Shown: positions 8,831 through 26,513, numbered from the stretch's first letter. The stretch: DNA of 64,000 bases from Candidatus Latescibacterota bacterium (GCA_965203175.1 OZ241867.1:3904001-3968000), one strand, 5' to 3'. The notes: generated by a model not told the origin, from the letters alone. Program-made: numbers and translations.

Positions 8831-9782
8831 GCGACAAAAAAGGCAGGGAGACTACGGTGGCCTGCGTTCCGCCCGCGTCTAACGCCGTGCCTTCGGCGCA
8901 AGCGCTCCGCCGCACATAGGCGAGGGCAATTGGGCCGAGGCTGGGGGAGTGGACCGCAGAAGTGATGCGTCCTACTTCGCGCGCGCCGTCGCGCAGCGGT
9001 TGTCCCGTTGACGGCAGTTCGGCGGCGGAGAGCCGCAGCCCGACTAAATGCTGCTTGACTTTGTCGTAGGTATCTAGGCGGGCGATGACTTCTTGGCCGA
9101 TATAGCAGCCCTTATCTAGATGGATAGCGCGACCAAGCCCTGCTTCCCAGGGGTTGTACTCTTGGGTCAGTTCTCGTCCGAGCAGGGGAAGGCCCTGTTC
9201 GACGCGCAAAATCTTCCACGTCGCCGGCCCTATTGGACGGGCACCTGCGGCGGCGAGGCGCTGCCAAAGGTCCTTTACGGCGTCTGGCGGTCCGAAGGCG
9301 CGCAGCCCTGGCCCGGCCATGCGCGCTAGCCACAGGTCGTCGGCGACCTGGGGATCGAGTAATTGGTGATCCTGAAGTCTTGATAGATCCGCGTTCAATG
9401 CATGGGTGACTAGCTGAGCGGCTTGCGGGCCGACGAGTTCGAACATGGACGTCTCGTCTGTCTGGTCTGCCAAATCGAGGGCCTCGGCAAAGATAAAGCG
9501 GTCCAACCAATCGGGGATTGCAGCGCGCGAATCGGGACTCAGGATCAAGGCCGTAGCGTCTGGGCCGCGATAACAGGTGGCGAGATCGAGAATCCGCGCT
9601 CGCTGTTCGATAAAGACGGCTTCGAGGCCGTGTCCTATTTGCAGGTTGTGGAAGTCGTTGGAGGTCATGCGATGCAGGAAGTCGAGGTGATCGGCACCGC
9701 GCATGTACAAGCGAAACGAGGCTTGTGCATCGCGTAAGGCCGCGCCGGCGCGGGCGGCGTGGTATTCGTCGCAATAGTCCAT
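8817..9782 (-). CDS. ygfZ: YgfZ/GcvT-like folate-binding protein
   Basis: KGCYIGQEVIAR signature; GADHLDFLHRMTSND; ATG at 9782 (TTG at 9791 possible). Confidence 0.87.
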   Translation of the reverse strand: MDYCDEYHAARAGAALRDAQASFRLYMRGADHLDFLHRMTSNDFHNLQIGHGLEAVFIEQRARILDLATCYRGPDATALILSPDSRAAIPDWLDRFIFAEALDLADQTDETSMFELVGPQAAQLVTHALNADLSRLQDHQLLDPQVADDLWLARMAGPGLRAFGPPDAVKDLWQRLAAAGARPIGPATWKILRVEQGLPLLGRELTQEYNPWEAGLGRAIHLDKGCYIGQEVIARLDTYDKVKQHLVGLRLSAAELPSTGQPLRDGAREVGRITSAVHSPSLGPIALAYVRRSACAEGTALDAGGTQATVVSLPFLSHESR

Positions 9783-9795
9783 AACAGGCAAGAGG

Positions 9796-12700
9796 CTAGG
9801 CGTGCTGCGTCACGGAAAAGCGCGAGCCTAAGTCTGGATGTTTGGCGACCTCGATTTGCACTGGAAAGGCCGCCTTGAGTTGGTCGAGATGTGTGACGAT
9901 CAACACCTTTTTGAAATCCTCGCTGATTTTTTGGATGGCTTCTATGAGTTGTTCCAGCCCCTGATCGTCTTGAGTGCCGAAGCCCTCGTCGATAAAGAGG
10001 GTGTGGAGGCGGGTGCCCGAGCGCATGGCTAGCACCTTGGAGAGCGCGATGCGCAAGGCAAAGTTGGTGCGGAATGCCTCGCCCCCGGAATAGAGGTGAT
10101 AGGAGCGCTCGCCGACCTCGTCGGCGATTTTGACGTCGAGGGTTTCGCGAGTGCCGCCTTTTTTGAGGTCGCGCAGCGATTCGAAGGCGACTTGGATGCG
10201 GTTGTCGGTCAGGCGCGCAAGGATGGCGTTGGCTTCTTCGGCGATTTGCGGCACGGCGTTTTCAATGATCAGCGCTTGGATCCCATCCTTGCCGAATGCC
10301 TTGTCGAGCTGTTGGTAGATCCAGGCCTGTCGCTGGGTGTCTTGGAGCTTTTCTCGTAGCTGGTTTTGCTCTTGCGCCAACTCGGCGCAGCGCGTGCATT
10401 GGGCCTCTAGGTTGCCCCGGCGCTGGAGGTATTGGTCCCTCTCAGGCCGTAGCCTTTCCAATTGGGCTTGGTTTTCGCCGAGCTGCCGATCGACGTCTTC
10501 TAACGCACCGGCCCGTTCGTGCAACCGTTCCTTTTCTTCTTTTATAGTCTGCAATTGTCCCGCTAGATTGGAGGCTTCGGCCTCGTAGCGCACCTGCGAT
10601 TCGCCGGACGATACGCGGCGTTCGCGGGCGTGTTGCAGGCGCTCGAATTGCCGCGCGCTGTCGTGCAGGTCGTCCTGTTGCTGGCGCAACCGCTGGTGCT
10701 CGGCACTATCATAGCCTAGGGCTGCGAGTTGCTGCTCGACTTGGCCGAGTTGTTTCCGTTCCTCTTGGGCGTAGTGGGCCTCGGCGAGTTGGCGGTTGGC
10801 CCGCTCGAGTTGGTTATGGGCTTCGGCCTGCTCGCTTTTGAGCTGGTCGACTTGGCTTTTGGCGTCCTGCAAGCGGGCGTGCTCGGCCTCGACCGGACGC
10901 AATTCGGCGAGCTTTTGACTCAGCTCTTCGTGCTCGGTGCTGCTGTAACCCAATAGCTCAATTTCCCCAGCTAGTTTGTTCAGGCGTTCGCGTTCGCTGG
11001 GAGCGTATGATTGGTCGCTGAGTTCGCGATCGAGGGCGACTAGCTGCTCAGCTAACGACTGGGCCTCAGCGGCCGATTCCCGCAATTGCCCGAGACGAGC
11101 TTCCCCGGTGGCCAGGTCTTGGTGGACCTGCTGGAGGGGCGCGATTTCTTCGCCAAGGGCCTTGTAGTGCGCGCGCATCTTTTGCAACTGATCGTCGAGA
11201 GTGGCCAGCTCGCTGCTGAGAAAGGCGATGCGCTCTTGGCGGCGCTTTTCCCGCTGCGAGAGTTCTGCCGCGACCTGTTGGCGGTGTTCGACGTCGAGTG
11301 CGCTGCCGCACAATGGGCAATTGGCGTCGTCGGAATCGGCCAAGGCCTGAGCCTGTTGGCGCTCGTTGGCCAATTCTTCCTCTTCGGCGTGGCGCTTCTG
11401 CTGCCGCTCGGTGATCTGGGCATTGAGGTCGCGGCCCTCGTCCTCGAGGCAATCCCGTTCTTCGGCTTTGATCTGTAATTGAGTCCGCTGTGCTTGCAAC
11501 TGGCGAATGCGGACTTCTAAGGTTTTTCCCTCGGAGGAGGCTCGGTCCAACTGTGCCAATTGTTTGGCGAGTACTTGGCGTTGATTCTTGCGGTCCTGCT
11601 CTGCGCGATATAGTACGTTTTCGCAGTCGCGGCGCTCGCTGAGAAGATCCTCGTAGCGAATCCGGGCCTGCTCTAGAGCTTGGGCCTGCTCGCTGAGGGT
11701 TTTGAGTTGGGCATAGCGGATGGCGATGGTCTGCTCCCGATTGAGCAAGGCTTGGTGTCCGTTGAGCTGGCGCTGTTGCTGGTCGAGAGTGGCCGCCCAG
11801 CGTTCTTGCTGCCGTTCCACTTCTTGGCGCGTCTGGACGATTTGCTCTTCTAGCTGTCGGTGGCAGGCCTCTAACTTGCCGTGCTCCTGAGCTTTTTGTT
11901 CGAGTAGGCCGATTTGAGTGCGGAGCTGATTATAGGCTGCAAAATCCTGCTCAATGGATTCGGCGGCCGCTAGAATTTCGCCGTCTTGGCGCTGCTGCTT
12001 CCGCAGGTTTTCGAGTTCGGCGGAAACCTGCTGCGCCCGCTCGGAAACGCGCTGCTGTTCCCGCTCTAGCTCAGCGACGCGCTGGCGGATCCGATCCAGT
12101 TCTAGGCGCTGGGTTTCCAACTCGGCTTGCGCTTTTTCTCGGCTGCTGATTTCGCTGCCGAGTAGAGCGAGGTAGTCATCGACGGCGCTCAGCTCGGATT
12201 CGTATTTTCCGCGCTTGGCCAATTCGGCCTCAAGTTCCCCAAGGCGGGTCTGCAGGATCTCGCTCTGGCGCTGGTGCTCTTGATAGTGGACCCGAGCCAT
12301 GCCTTGGAGTTGGTCGTAGCGCCCTAGTCCGAGGATTCGCCCGAGGACTTCTTTGCGCTGTCTGGCGTTTTTCTGGGTGAACTCGTCGGCGCGTCCTTGG
12401 ACTATGAAGGCCGAGTTAACGAAGGTGTCGTAGTCCATGGATAGGAGCTCGTTGATGCGCCGCTGGGTGGGGTTAATGCCCTCGCCTTCGCTGAGCGTGC
12501 GGAAGACGCCGTCGCTTTCTACTTGTAGGTCTAGGGCCGGGACGCCCCGCTTGGTGCGGCGCCAACTGCGGATGACGCGGAAGTGCTTTTCGCCGAGGGC
12601 GAAGTCGAAATCAACCCGCATCTCCTTGGCTCCGATCCGACACAGTTCTTCGTCGCTGCGGCTTTTGCGGGCTTGGCCCCACAAGGCGTAAGTAATCCCG

Positions 12701-12831
12701 TCGAGCAGGGCGGATTTGCCGTGGCCATTGCCGCCTGTGAGGCAGGCGACGTGGAATTGGGTAAAGTCGAGCGGCGGCACCTCCTCGCCGTAGCTGAGAA
12801 AATTGCGCAGCGAAAGGGAGAGAGGGATCAT
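9796..12831 (-). CDS. sbcC: SbcC/Rad50-like SMC ATPase
   Basis: Walker A GGNGHGKS, long coiled coil, zinc hook CPLCG, signature YSGGE, Walker B LFIDEGFGTQD. Confidence 0.93.
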   Translation of the reverse strand: MIPLSLSLRNFLSYGEEVPPLDFTQFHVACLTGGNGHGKSALLDGITYALWGQARKSRSDEELCRIGAKEMRVDFDFALGEKHFRVIRSWRRTKRGVPALDLQVESDGVFRTLSEGEGINPTQRRINELLSMDYDTFVNSAFIVQGRADEFTQKNARQRKEVLGRILGLGRYDQLQGMARVHYQEHQRQSEILQTRLGELEAELAKRGKYESELSAVDDYLALLGSEISSREKAQAELETQRLELDRIRQRVAELEREQQRVSERAQQVSAELENLRKQQRQDGEILAAAESIEQDFAAYNQLRTQIGLLEQKAQEHGKLEACHRQLEEQIVQTRQEVERQQERWAATLDQQQRQLNGHQALLNREQTIAIRYAQLKTLSEQAQALEQARIRYEDLLSERRDCENVLYRAEQDRKNQRQVLAKQLAQLDRASSEGKTLEVRIRQLQAQRTQLQIKAEERDCLEDEGRDLNAQITERQQKRHAEEEELANERQQAQALADSDDANCPLCGSALDVEHRQQVAAELSQREKRRQERIAFLSSELATLDDQLQKMRAHYKALGEEIAPLQQVHQDLATGEARLGQLRESAAEAQSLAEQLVALDRELSDQSYAPSERERLNKLAGEIELLGYSSTEHEELSQKLAELRPVEAEHARLQDAKSQVDQLKSEQAEAHNQLERANRQLAEAHYAQEERKQLGQVEQQLAALGYDSAEHQRLRQQQDDLHDSARQFERLQHARERRVSSGESQVRYEAEASNLAGQLQTIKEEKERLHERAGALEDVDRQLGENQAQLERLRPERDQYLQRRGNLEAQCTRCAELAQEQNQLREKLQDTQRQAWIYQQLDKAFGKDGIQALIIENAVPQIAEEANAILARLTDNRIQVAFESLRDLKKGGTRETLDVKIADEVGERSYHLYSGGEAFRTNFALRIALSKVLAMRSGTRLHTLFIDEGFGTQDDQGLEQLIEAIQKISEDFKKVLIVTHLDQLKAAFPVQIEVAKHPDLGSRFSVTQHA

Positions 12832-14096
12832 CCGTCGTCTTCGTCCCGTTGGCCCGATTCGAGCTCGCGCTCTAGGTGGAGCGCGTAGTTTTTGAGCTCG
12901 GCCCGGTGTGTTTGTAGATCTGGGCTGTTGTCAATGTAGCGGTCGAGGGCGTCGCCTAGTTCGGCCTCCTCACTGATTTCGGCACGGCGTTGGATATCTT
13001 TTGGGGCAAAGCGCGGCTGGATGGAGGCGACGTGAAAGGCCGGTTCGAGCGCCCGCCGCACCTGTTGTAAGTCCACGGGTGTGGCGTAGCCTGCGGGCAG
13101 TTCGTAGAGGACGCGGACTACGGCGTCTGCCAGATCGGCCTCGGCGCAGGCAGCGACAATGCGCTCGGTCGCGTCTTGGCCATCGAGCACCTTTAGCTCG
13201 ATGGTTGCAAAGCGCCGCGCCGGAACGGGGACGAACTCAAAGGTGGTCGCGCGGCCCCTCGGCGCGGTTGCCTCCTCTGCGATGCGTACGAGGCAGAACC
13301 CCTTGTCTTCGCCTTCCTCGCCAAAGTCAATGCGCTCTAGGCTGCCCGAATAGACCACGGGCGGATGTCGGCCGGGGTTGAGGTCTTGATATTTGTGAAT
13401 GTGACCCAAGGCGACGTAATCGTAGGCGGGATTGGCAAGGGTGCTGGTGAGCAACACGGGGTCTTGCCCGATGATGGCGGTGCGTTCGCCTCCAGAATAG
13501 ACGGCGTCGGCAGTGGCGAGGTGGGCGACGAGTACACTAGGCAGCTTTGGATCGAGCTGACGGGCGTACTCGTCGATCTGGGCCGCACAGATCTTTTGGA
13601 TCGCGACGCGGATTTCCTCTAGAGGCAAGTCGCGGTATTCGTCGCGAGTGAGTAGGGCATGACGCGTTGGCCAGGGCAGGCCTGCCACTTGCACCGGGCC
13701 ATTGGCCGTCTCGATTCGCAGGAGCTCTGGACGGCGGATGACATGGGTGTCCTCTAGCTGTAGAGTGCTGAAAATGTCAACCGAAGTGGCTTTGCCAAAA
13801 GCGCCCGGCGCGTCGTGGTTGCCCACCACCAGCACGATGGGGATGTCGGCCGCTTGTAGGCGCTGGAGCTGGCGGGCAAAGACGCGCTGGTGGGTCGGGG
13901 TCGGATCGCAATTCTTGTACAGGTCACCGGCGAAGAGGACCAAATCGACCGCCTTTTCAATAGCTAGGTCGAAGACCCTTTCTAGGCTGGCAGCAAAATC
14001 TCGCACCCGCGAATGCAGGCCGGTGCTTGGGTCGAGGCCGCCGTGGTTTTCGACGCCCAGATGAAGATCGGCAAAGTGCAGGAGAGTCAATGCCAT
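12828..14096 (-). CDS. sbcD: SbcD/Mre11-like nuclease
   Basis: FADLHLG, AGDLY, GNHD, LGHIH, YSGSLERIDFGE; start set to ATG 14096. Confidence 0.93.
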   Translation of the reverse strand: MALTLLHFADLHLGVENHGGLDPSTGLHSRVRDFAASLERVFDLAIEKAVDLVLFAGDLYKNCDPTPTHQRVFARQLQRLQAADIPIVLVVGNHDAPGAFGKATSVDIFSTLQLEDTHVIRRPELLRIETANGPVQVAGLPWPTRHALLTRDEYRDLPLEEIRVAIQKICAAQIDEYARQLDPKLPSVLVAHLATADAVYSGGERTAIIGQDPVLLTSTLANPAYDYVALGHIHKYQDLNPGRHPPVVYSGSLERIDFGEEGEDKGFCLVRIAEEATAPRGRATTFEFVPVPARRFATIELKVLDGQDATERIVAACAEADLADAVVRVLYELPAGYATPVDLQQVRRALEPAFHVASIQPRFAPKDIQRRAEISEEAELGDALDRYIDNSPDLQTHRAELKNYALHLERELESGQRDEDDG

Positions 14097-14186
14097 GAGA
14101 AGCGCGAGTACGTTGTTTGGGAAGGGTGACTCTTGATCTGTAGATTTATTAAAAGGAGGGTAGCTAACTTGGGCAAGTCCCTTAGC

Positions 14187-14215
14187 TTGCACCTAGGCAC
14201 CGTTTTTAGTACATT
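14187..14215 (+). promoter_or_regulatory. sigma70-type promoter of greA
   Basis: TTGCAC-17 nt-TACATT. Confidence 0.65.
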
Positions 14216-14228
14216 AAACCATCTGAGT

Positions 14229-14258
14229 AGCGGAAGCGGTAGCGCGCTTCCGCTTTTT
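14229..14258 (+). terminator. Intrinsic terminator/attenuator in the greA leader
   Basis: Perfect 10 bp stem AGCGGAAGCG/CGCTTCCGCT, 6 nt loop, T-tract; lies between promoter and greA. Confidence 0.75.
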
Positions 14259-14301
14259 GTGTTGAATAGCGCATGTTGTTCTCTCCTGCTAGAGGATTTG
14301 T

Positions 14302-14772
14302 ATGAGTGAAGTATATCTTTCGCGAGAAGGCTACGAAAAACTTCAGGGCGAGTTGAAGGGACTCAAGGAGACCGAACGCCCGGCAGTGCGTCAGGCGCTG
14401 CAGCGGGCGCGAGAGTTTGGCGACCTGTCCGAGAACGCAGAGTATTCGGCGGCCAAAGAAAGGTTGCTCTTCCTAGAGCAGCGCATCGGCAAGCTAGAAG
14501 AGACGCTTAGCCGGGCCCGCCTGCTAGAAAACGAGGCAATCCCAGAAGACAAGGTCTATATCGGTGCCACCGTAGAGATAGAAGACCTCGCGAAGGCGCG
14601 ACAACTCACCTACACGCTCGTCGCTCCCGAGGAAGCGGATTTTGAAGCGGGTAAAATTTCCACGGTTTCGCCGATAGGCAAGGGATTGCTCGGGCACGAA
14701 GTAGGAGAAGAAATCGAGATCGAAGTTCCTGTTGGCAAGCTGCACTACAGGATTGTCAAGATCACGCGTTGA
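14302..14772 (+). CDS. greA: Transcription elongation factor GreA
   Basis: AREFGDLSENAEY, ISTVSPIGKGLLG. Confidence 0.97.
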   Translation: MSEVYLSREGYEKLQGELKGLKETERPAVRQALQRAREFGDLSENAEYSAAKERLLFLEQRIGKLEETLSRARLLENEAIPEDKVYIGATVEIEDLAKARQLTYTLVAPEEADFEAGKISTVSPIGKGLLGHEVGEEIEIEVPVGKLHYRIVKITR

Positions 14773-14797
14773 GCGCAAGTATTCAGTTTATTCGGCG

Positions 14798-14829
14798 ACT
14801 CCCGGAAAGGCACGTGCCTTTCCGGGAGT
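14798..14829. terminator. Perfect 32 bp palindrome, probable greA terminator
   Basis: ACTCCCGGAAAGGCAC GTGCCTTTCCGGGAGT followed by TTCGCGTTTT. Confidence 0.75.
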
Positions 14830-14858
14830 TTCGCGTTTTAAGTCCGCGCCCAGTCTTC

Positions 14859-14887
14859 TTGACATATTAAGAAAGCTGGCATATATT
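14859..14887 (+). promoter_or_regulatory. sigma70 promoter for the tRNA-rpmG-secE operon
   Basis: TTGACA-17 nt-TATATT in an AT-rich context. Confidence 0.75.
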
Positions 14888-14926
14888 TAAAATTCTATAA
14901 ATTAAACGGGCATTAATCCGGCTCGA

Positions 14927-15003
14927 GCGGGAATAGCTCAGTTGGCTAGAGCGCGAGCCTTCCAAGCTCGGGGTCGCGGGTTCGAGTCCCGTTTCCCGCT
15001 CCA
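14927..15003 (+). tRNA. tRNA-Gly(TCC)
   Basis: GCGGGAA acceptor stem, anticodon arm CGAGC-CTTCCAA-GCTCG, GGTTCGAGTCC, CCA end. Confidence 0.97.
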
Positions 15004-15022
15004 GATCGCCAAAATAATTGCA

Positions 15023-15098
<76 letters not shown>

Positions 15099-15135
15099 CT
15101 TTCCTAGTGCTTCCATATAAACACGGCAAACTCTG

Positions 15136-15288
15136 ATGCCAAGAGATCAAATAACGCTGGAGTGCGAAGTATGCAGCCAGCAAACTTACACGACGACCAA
15201 AAATAGACGAAACCAGCCAAGCCGCGTGGAGTACAAAAAGTATTGCCGTTTTTGCCGCAAGCACGCGACTCACAAGGAAACCCGCTAG
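15136..15288 (+). CDS. rpmG: 50S ribosomal protein L33 (Zn-binding type)
   Basis: Manual translation [13 protein letters not shown]...YTTTKNRRN...[17 protein letters not shown] (below ORF track cutoff). Confidence 0.96.
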   Translation: MPRDQITLECEVCSQQTYTTTKNRRNQPSRVEYKKYCRFCRKHATHKETR

Positions 15289-15292
15289 GCAT

Positions 15293-15368
15293 AGGGCAGT
15301 AGCTCAATTGGTAGAGCACCGGTCTCCAAAACCGGCGGTTGCAGGTTCAAGTCCTGTCTGCCCTGCCA
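15293..15368 (+). tRNA. tRNA-Trp(CCA)
   Basis: AGGGCAG acceptor, anticodon arm CCGGT-CTCCAAA-ACCGG, CCA end; canonical position before secE. Confidence 0.97.
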
Positions 15369-15390
15369 GGCTTCTGCATTAGGGAACGGG

Positions 15391-15579
15391 ATGTGGAATA
15401 AACTTACTAATTTCGTCAAAGATGTGCGGGCCGAATTTTCCAAGGTGAGCTGGCCCACTCGCGAGGATTTGATTGGTTCCACCGGAGTGGTATTAGTTTT
15501 TTCAGCGGTCTTTGCAGTTTTTATCGGCATATTCGACCTGATTATCTCCTTTGTTTGGGGAATACTTCTAGGGCAGTAA
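15391..15579 (+). CDS. secE: Preprotein translocase subunit SecE
   Basis: EFSKVSWPTREDL plus one TM helix; synteny. Confidence 0.95.
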   Translation: MWNKLTNFVKDVRAEFSKVSWPTREDLIGSTGVVLVFSAVFAVFIGIFDLIISFVWGILLGQ

Positions 15580-15600
15580 TCCCCGCTAGGGCCTAGCTAA

Positions 15601-15641
15601 CGGAAGCGGCACGCATCATGCACCGCTTCTTTTCCTTATTT
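15601..15641 (+). terminator. Terminator-like hairpin between secE and nusG
   Basis: GAAGCGG...CCGCTTC followed by TTTTCCTTATTT. Confidence 0.45.
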
Positions 15642-15678
15642 ACGCTCGGCAGAGGGGAGCTAACACCGGATTGAAGTC

Positions 15679-16224
15679 ATGGCACAGCGCTGGTACGCTC
15701 TGCATACGTATTCGGGGCACGAAAATAAAGTAAAAACCTATTTGGAGTCGCTCATTGAGTCGGGGGCTGCCAACGATGCAATTGCTCAGGTCGTTGTGCC
15801 AACTGAGGAAGTGGTCGAACTCCGCGCTGGCAAGAAAACCAAGACTAGGAAGCGGTTTTTGCCTAGTTACGTGTTGGTAGAAATGGAAATGTCCAAGGAT
15901 GCTTGGTATCAGGTGACCAATATTCCCGGGGTGACCAATTTCGTGGGCCCAGCGCGCAAGCCGCAACCGCTGCGGCAGGAGGAAATCGACCGCATCTTGG
16001 GGCACGTCGACCGTCGAAAAGACCAAGAAGTCGAAGAAATTCCCTTTGCCGTCGACGATCAGGTCAAGGTCAACGACGGCGCGTTCAAAGATTTTATCGG
16101 CACCGTACAGGAGGTGCTGCCGGAGAAGCGCAGGCTGAAAATTATGGTGAGCATCTTCGGGCGTGGCACATCGGTGGAATTGGACGTGTTGCAGGTCGAG
16201 CCGGTTCAAGAGACGGTAGGCTGA
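15679..16224 (+). CDS. nusG: Transcription factor NusG
   Basis: WYALHTYSGHENKVK; KOW domain; VSIFGR. Confidence 0.97.
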   Translation: MAQRWYALHTYSGHENKVKTYLESLIESGAANDAIAQVVVPTEEVVELRAGKKTKTRKRFLPSYVLVEMEMSKDAWYQVTNIPGVTNFVGPARKPQPLRQEEIDRILGHVDRRKDQEVEEIPFAVDDQVKVNDGAFKDFIGTVQEVLPEKRRLKIMVSIFGRGTSVELDVLQVEPVQETVG

Positions 16225-16242
16225 TTTTTAGAGGATACATAA

Positions 16243-16665
16243 ATGGCTAAAAAGGAAATAGCCCAAATCAAGTTGCAGGTTCCGGCCGGTCAAGCGAATC
16301 CGACACCACCCGTTGGGCCGGCGCTAGGTCAACACGGCGTCAATATCATGGAATTCTGCAAGACTTTCAATGCCCAGACCCAAGATCAGCAGGGATTAAT
16401 CATTCCCGTAATCATTACGGTGTACGCCGATCGCACGTTTTCGTTTATCACCAAGACGCCGCCGGCTGCGGTGTTGCTTTTGCGGGCTGCTGGACAACCC
16501 AAGGGATCGGGCGTGCCCAACAGGGACCACATCGGCGTTGTATCTTCGGACCAAGTGCGCGAAATTGCCGAATTGAAAATGCCCGATTTGAACGCGTCCT
16601 CAATGGAATCCGCGATGTCGATGATCGCGGGGACGGCCCGTAGCATGGGGATTTTAATCGAGTAG
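16243..16665 (+). CDS. rplK: 50S ribosomal protein L11
   Basis: [19 protein letters not shown]. Confidence 0.98.
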   Translation: MAKKEIAQIKLQVPAGQANPTPPVGPALGQHGVNIMEFCKTFNAQTQDQQGLIIPVIITVYADRTFSFITKTPPAAVLLLRAAGQPKGSGVPNRDHIGVVSSDQVREIAELKMPDLNASSMESAMSMIAGTARSMGILIE

Positions 16666-16702
16666 TTGCTTCGCATCGCAACCCTCATAAGAGGTTTAAT
16701 AT

Positions 16703-17401
16703 ATGGCCAGAGGAAAAAAATACAGAAACGCCTTGGCGTCTTTCGACCGCGACAAGGCCTATTCGTGGGAAGAGGGGATCAAGATCCTCAAGGGATTCCC
16801 AACATACAATTACGATCCGACTGTTGAACTTTGTTACAATTTAGGGATTGATGGCCGACAGGCCGACCAATCGCTGCGCGGCACGGTGATGTTGCCCCAC
16901 GGCACTGGGAAGGAACTCCGGGTCTTAGTCATTACTCAGGGACCGCTAGCGCAGGAGGCTGAAGAAGCCGGAGCCGATTTCGTCGGTGGAGCTGATATGG
17001 CCGAGAAAATTCAGGGCGGTTGGCTCGATTTCGACCTAGTTATTGCCTCTCCAGATATGATGGGGCAGGTGGGTAAGCTGGGAAGAATCTTGGGCCCACG
17101 GGGCCTGATGCCCAATCCCAAGACCGGGACGGTGACACGCGAAGTGGCTCAAGCCGTCCGCGAGGCCAAGGCCGGACGCATTGAGTACCGTGCCGATAGC
17201 AAGTCCGGCAACAACGCCCAAGCCCCTATCGGCAGGCTGTCCTTTACAGATCAGGCACTGATCGAAAACGCCCAAGCTTTTACCGACGCCATTTTGCGTG
17301 CCAAGCCGGCTGCGGCGAAGGGGCAGTACATCCGCAAGTTAGTCCTCTCGTCGGCAGCAGGGCCGAGCATCAAAATAGACCGCGCCCAACTCGCTGCGTA
17401 A
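16703..17401 (+). CDS. rplA: 50S ribosomal protein L1
   Basis: [19 protein letters not shown]. Confidence 0.98.
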   Translation: MARGKKYRNALASFDRDKAYSWEEGIKILKGFPTYNYDPTVELCYNLGIDGRQADQSLRGTVMLPHGTGKELRVLVITQGPLAQEAEEAGADFVGGADMAEKIQGGWLDFDLVIASPDMMGQVGKLGRILGPRGLMPNPKTGTVTREVAQAVREAKAGRIEYRADSKSGNNAQAPIGRLSFTDQALIENAQAFTDAILRAKPAAAKGQYIRKLVLSSAAGPSIKIDRAQLAA

Positions 17402-17417
17402 GGAAAGCTCCGTTATT

Positions 17418-17951
17418 ATGGCGACAGCAGAAAAGGAAGCAAAAGTAGAAGAATTGAAGGCTATTATGGCCGAGACCAAGGGCTTCTATTTGGCCGATTT
17501 TACGGGTATTGATGTGGCCTCGGTGACTGAGTTACGCAGCAAGCTACGCGATGCTGAGGTCCAATACCAAGTGATCAAAAATCGCTTGGCCATTCGCGCG
17601 GCCGAGGAAGTGGGCATCACCGGCCTCAAAGAGTATTTCACCGGGCCTACGGCTATAGCCTACTCAAAAGAAGATCCCATTGCACCGGCCAAAATTCTGC
17701 AAGACTTCGTCACCGACGGCGGGAAAATTCAGATCAAGACCGGCTTTATAGAAGGCGAAATCCTCGCCGCCGACAGAGTCGAGGCGCTGGCTAAGCTGCC
17801 CTCTAAAGAAGAATTGATAGGCAAGGTAGTCGCCGGTGTCCAGAGTCCACTCTACGGGCTAAGCGGTGTCTTAAATGGGTTGCTTAGGGGATTGGTTGGT
17901 GCATTGTCAGCTATCGAAAAGCAACGGGTAGAAGGCGGAGAGAACGCCTGA
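17418..17951 (+). CDS. rplJ: 50S ribosomal protein L10
   Basis: VIKNRL, GPTAIA, LAKLPSKEEL; synteny. Confidence 0.96.
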   Translation: MATAEKEAKVEELKAIMAETKGFYLADFTGIDVASVTELRSKLRDAEVQYQVIKNRLAIRAAEEVGITGLKEYFTGPTAIAYSKEDPIAPAKILQDFVTDGGKIQIKTGFIEGEILAADRVEALAKLPSKEELIGKVVAGVQSPLYGLSGVLNGLLRGLVGALSAIEKQRVEGGENA

Positions 17952-17999
17952 TTCCCATTCGTAACAAACTCAAATAGGATATACAGGAGGCTGTATCCC

Positions 18000-18410
18000 A
18001 TGACCGAAGAAACCACTGCCACCACTGCCAACAGCAAGGTAGGCGAAATCATTGAGACCATCGGCGGCCTGACCGTCTTAGAGCTAGCCGAATTGGTCAA
18101 AGCCCTCGAAGACAAGTTCGGTGTGTCGGCCGCAGCGCCTGTGATGATGGCTGGCGCGATGCCCAGCGATGGCGGCGGCGAAGAGGCCGCCGAGGAAAAG
18201 GATTCCTTTGACGTTGTGCTCACTAGTGCCGGTGAGAAGAAGATCCAAGTCATCAAGGTCGTCCGCGAGATTACTAGCCTAGGCCTGAAAGAGGCCAAAG
18301 CCCTCGTCGATGAGGCCCCCAAGCCTGTCAAGGAAGGAGCGACCAAGGAAGAAGCTGAAGAAATTCAGAGCCGGTTGCAGGATGCCGGAGCCACGGTAGA
18401 ACTTCAATAG
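18000..18410 (+). CDS. rplL: 50S ribosomal protein L7/L12
   Basis: [23 protein letters not shown]; [20 protein letters not shown]. Confidence 0.98.
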   Translation: MTEETTATTANSKVGEIIETIGGLTVLELAELVKALEDKFGVSAAAPVMMAGAMPSDGGGEEAAEEKDSFDVVLTSAGEKKIQVIKVVREITSLGLKEAKALVDEAPKPVKEGATKEEAEEIQSRLQDAGATVELQ

Positions 18411-18463
18411 GGGACTGCTGCGGATATAGTAGCTCGTTAGTTCATACCTGCTTTTCTGCAGCG

Positions 18464-18505
18464 TGCATTCATGGAGCTATTGTCCAATAGCTCCATGAGC
18501 ATTTG
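18464..18505 (+). terminator. Strong hairpin between rplL and rpoB (attenuator-like)
   Basis: TCATGGAGCTATTG-TC-CAATAGCTCCATGA; same position as the known rplL-rpoB attenuator. Confidence 0.6.
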
Positions 18506-18534
18506 CCTTAAACCACAAATTGAGGAGTTGGACT

Positions 18535-22314
<3,780 letters not shown>

Positions 22315-22346
22315 ATCACAGAGCATTCGCATAAAGCGCAAAGGGG

Positions 22347-26441
<4,095 letters not shown>

Positions 26442-26470
26442 TTGACAGTTATATAATGTGTATGTAGATT
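26442..26470 (+). promoter_or_regulatory. sigma70 promoter of the str operon
   Basis: TTGACA-17 nt-TAGATT immediately after the rpoC stop. Confidence 0.7.
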
Positions 26471-26513
26471 ATGAGCTTGCTATTTATTACGGAATGACGA
26501 GGAGAAATAGCGT

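Noticed and set aside
14097-14192. N-terminal extension of SbcD
   Set aside because: It spans the divergent promoter region; the nuclease motif starts right after ATG 14096.
14798-14829. 32 bp perfect palindrome as a REP/MITE or recombination site
   Set aside because: Single copy seen in the window, located just after greA and followed by T-rich sequence; a terminator is the simpler explanation.
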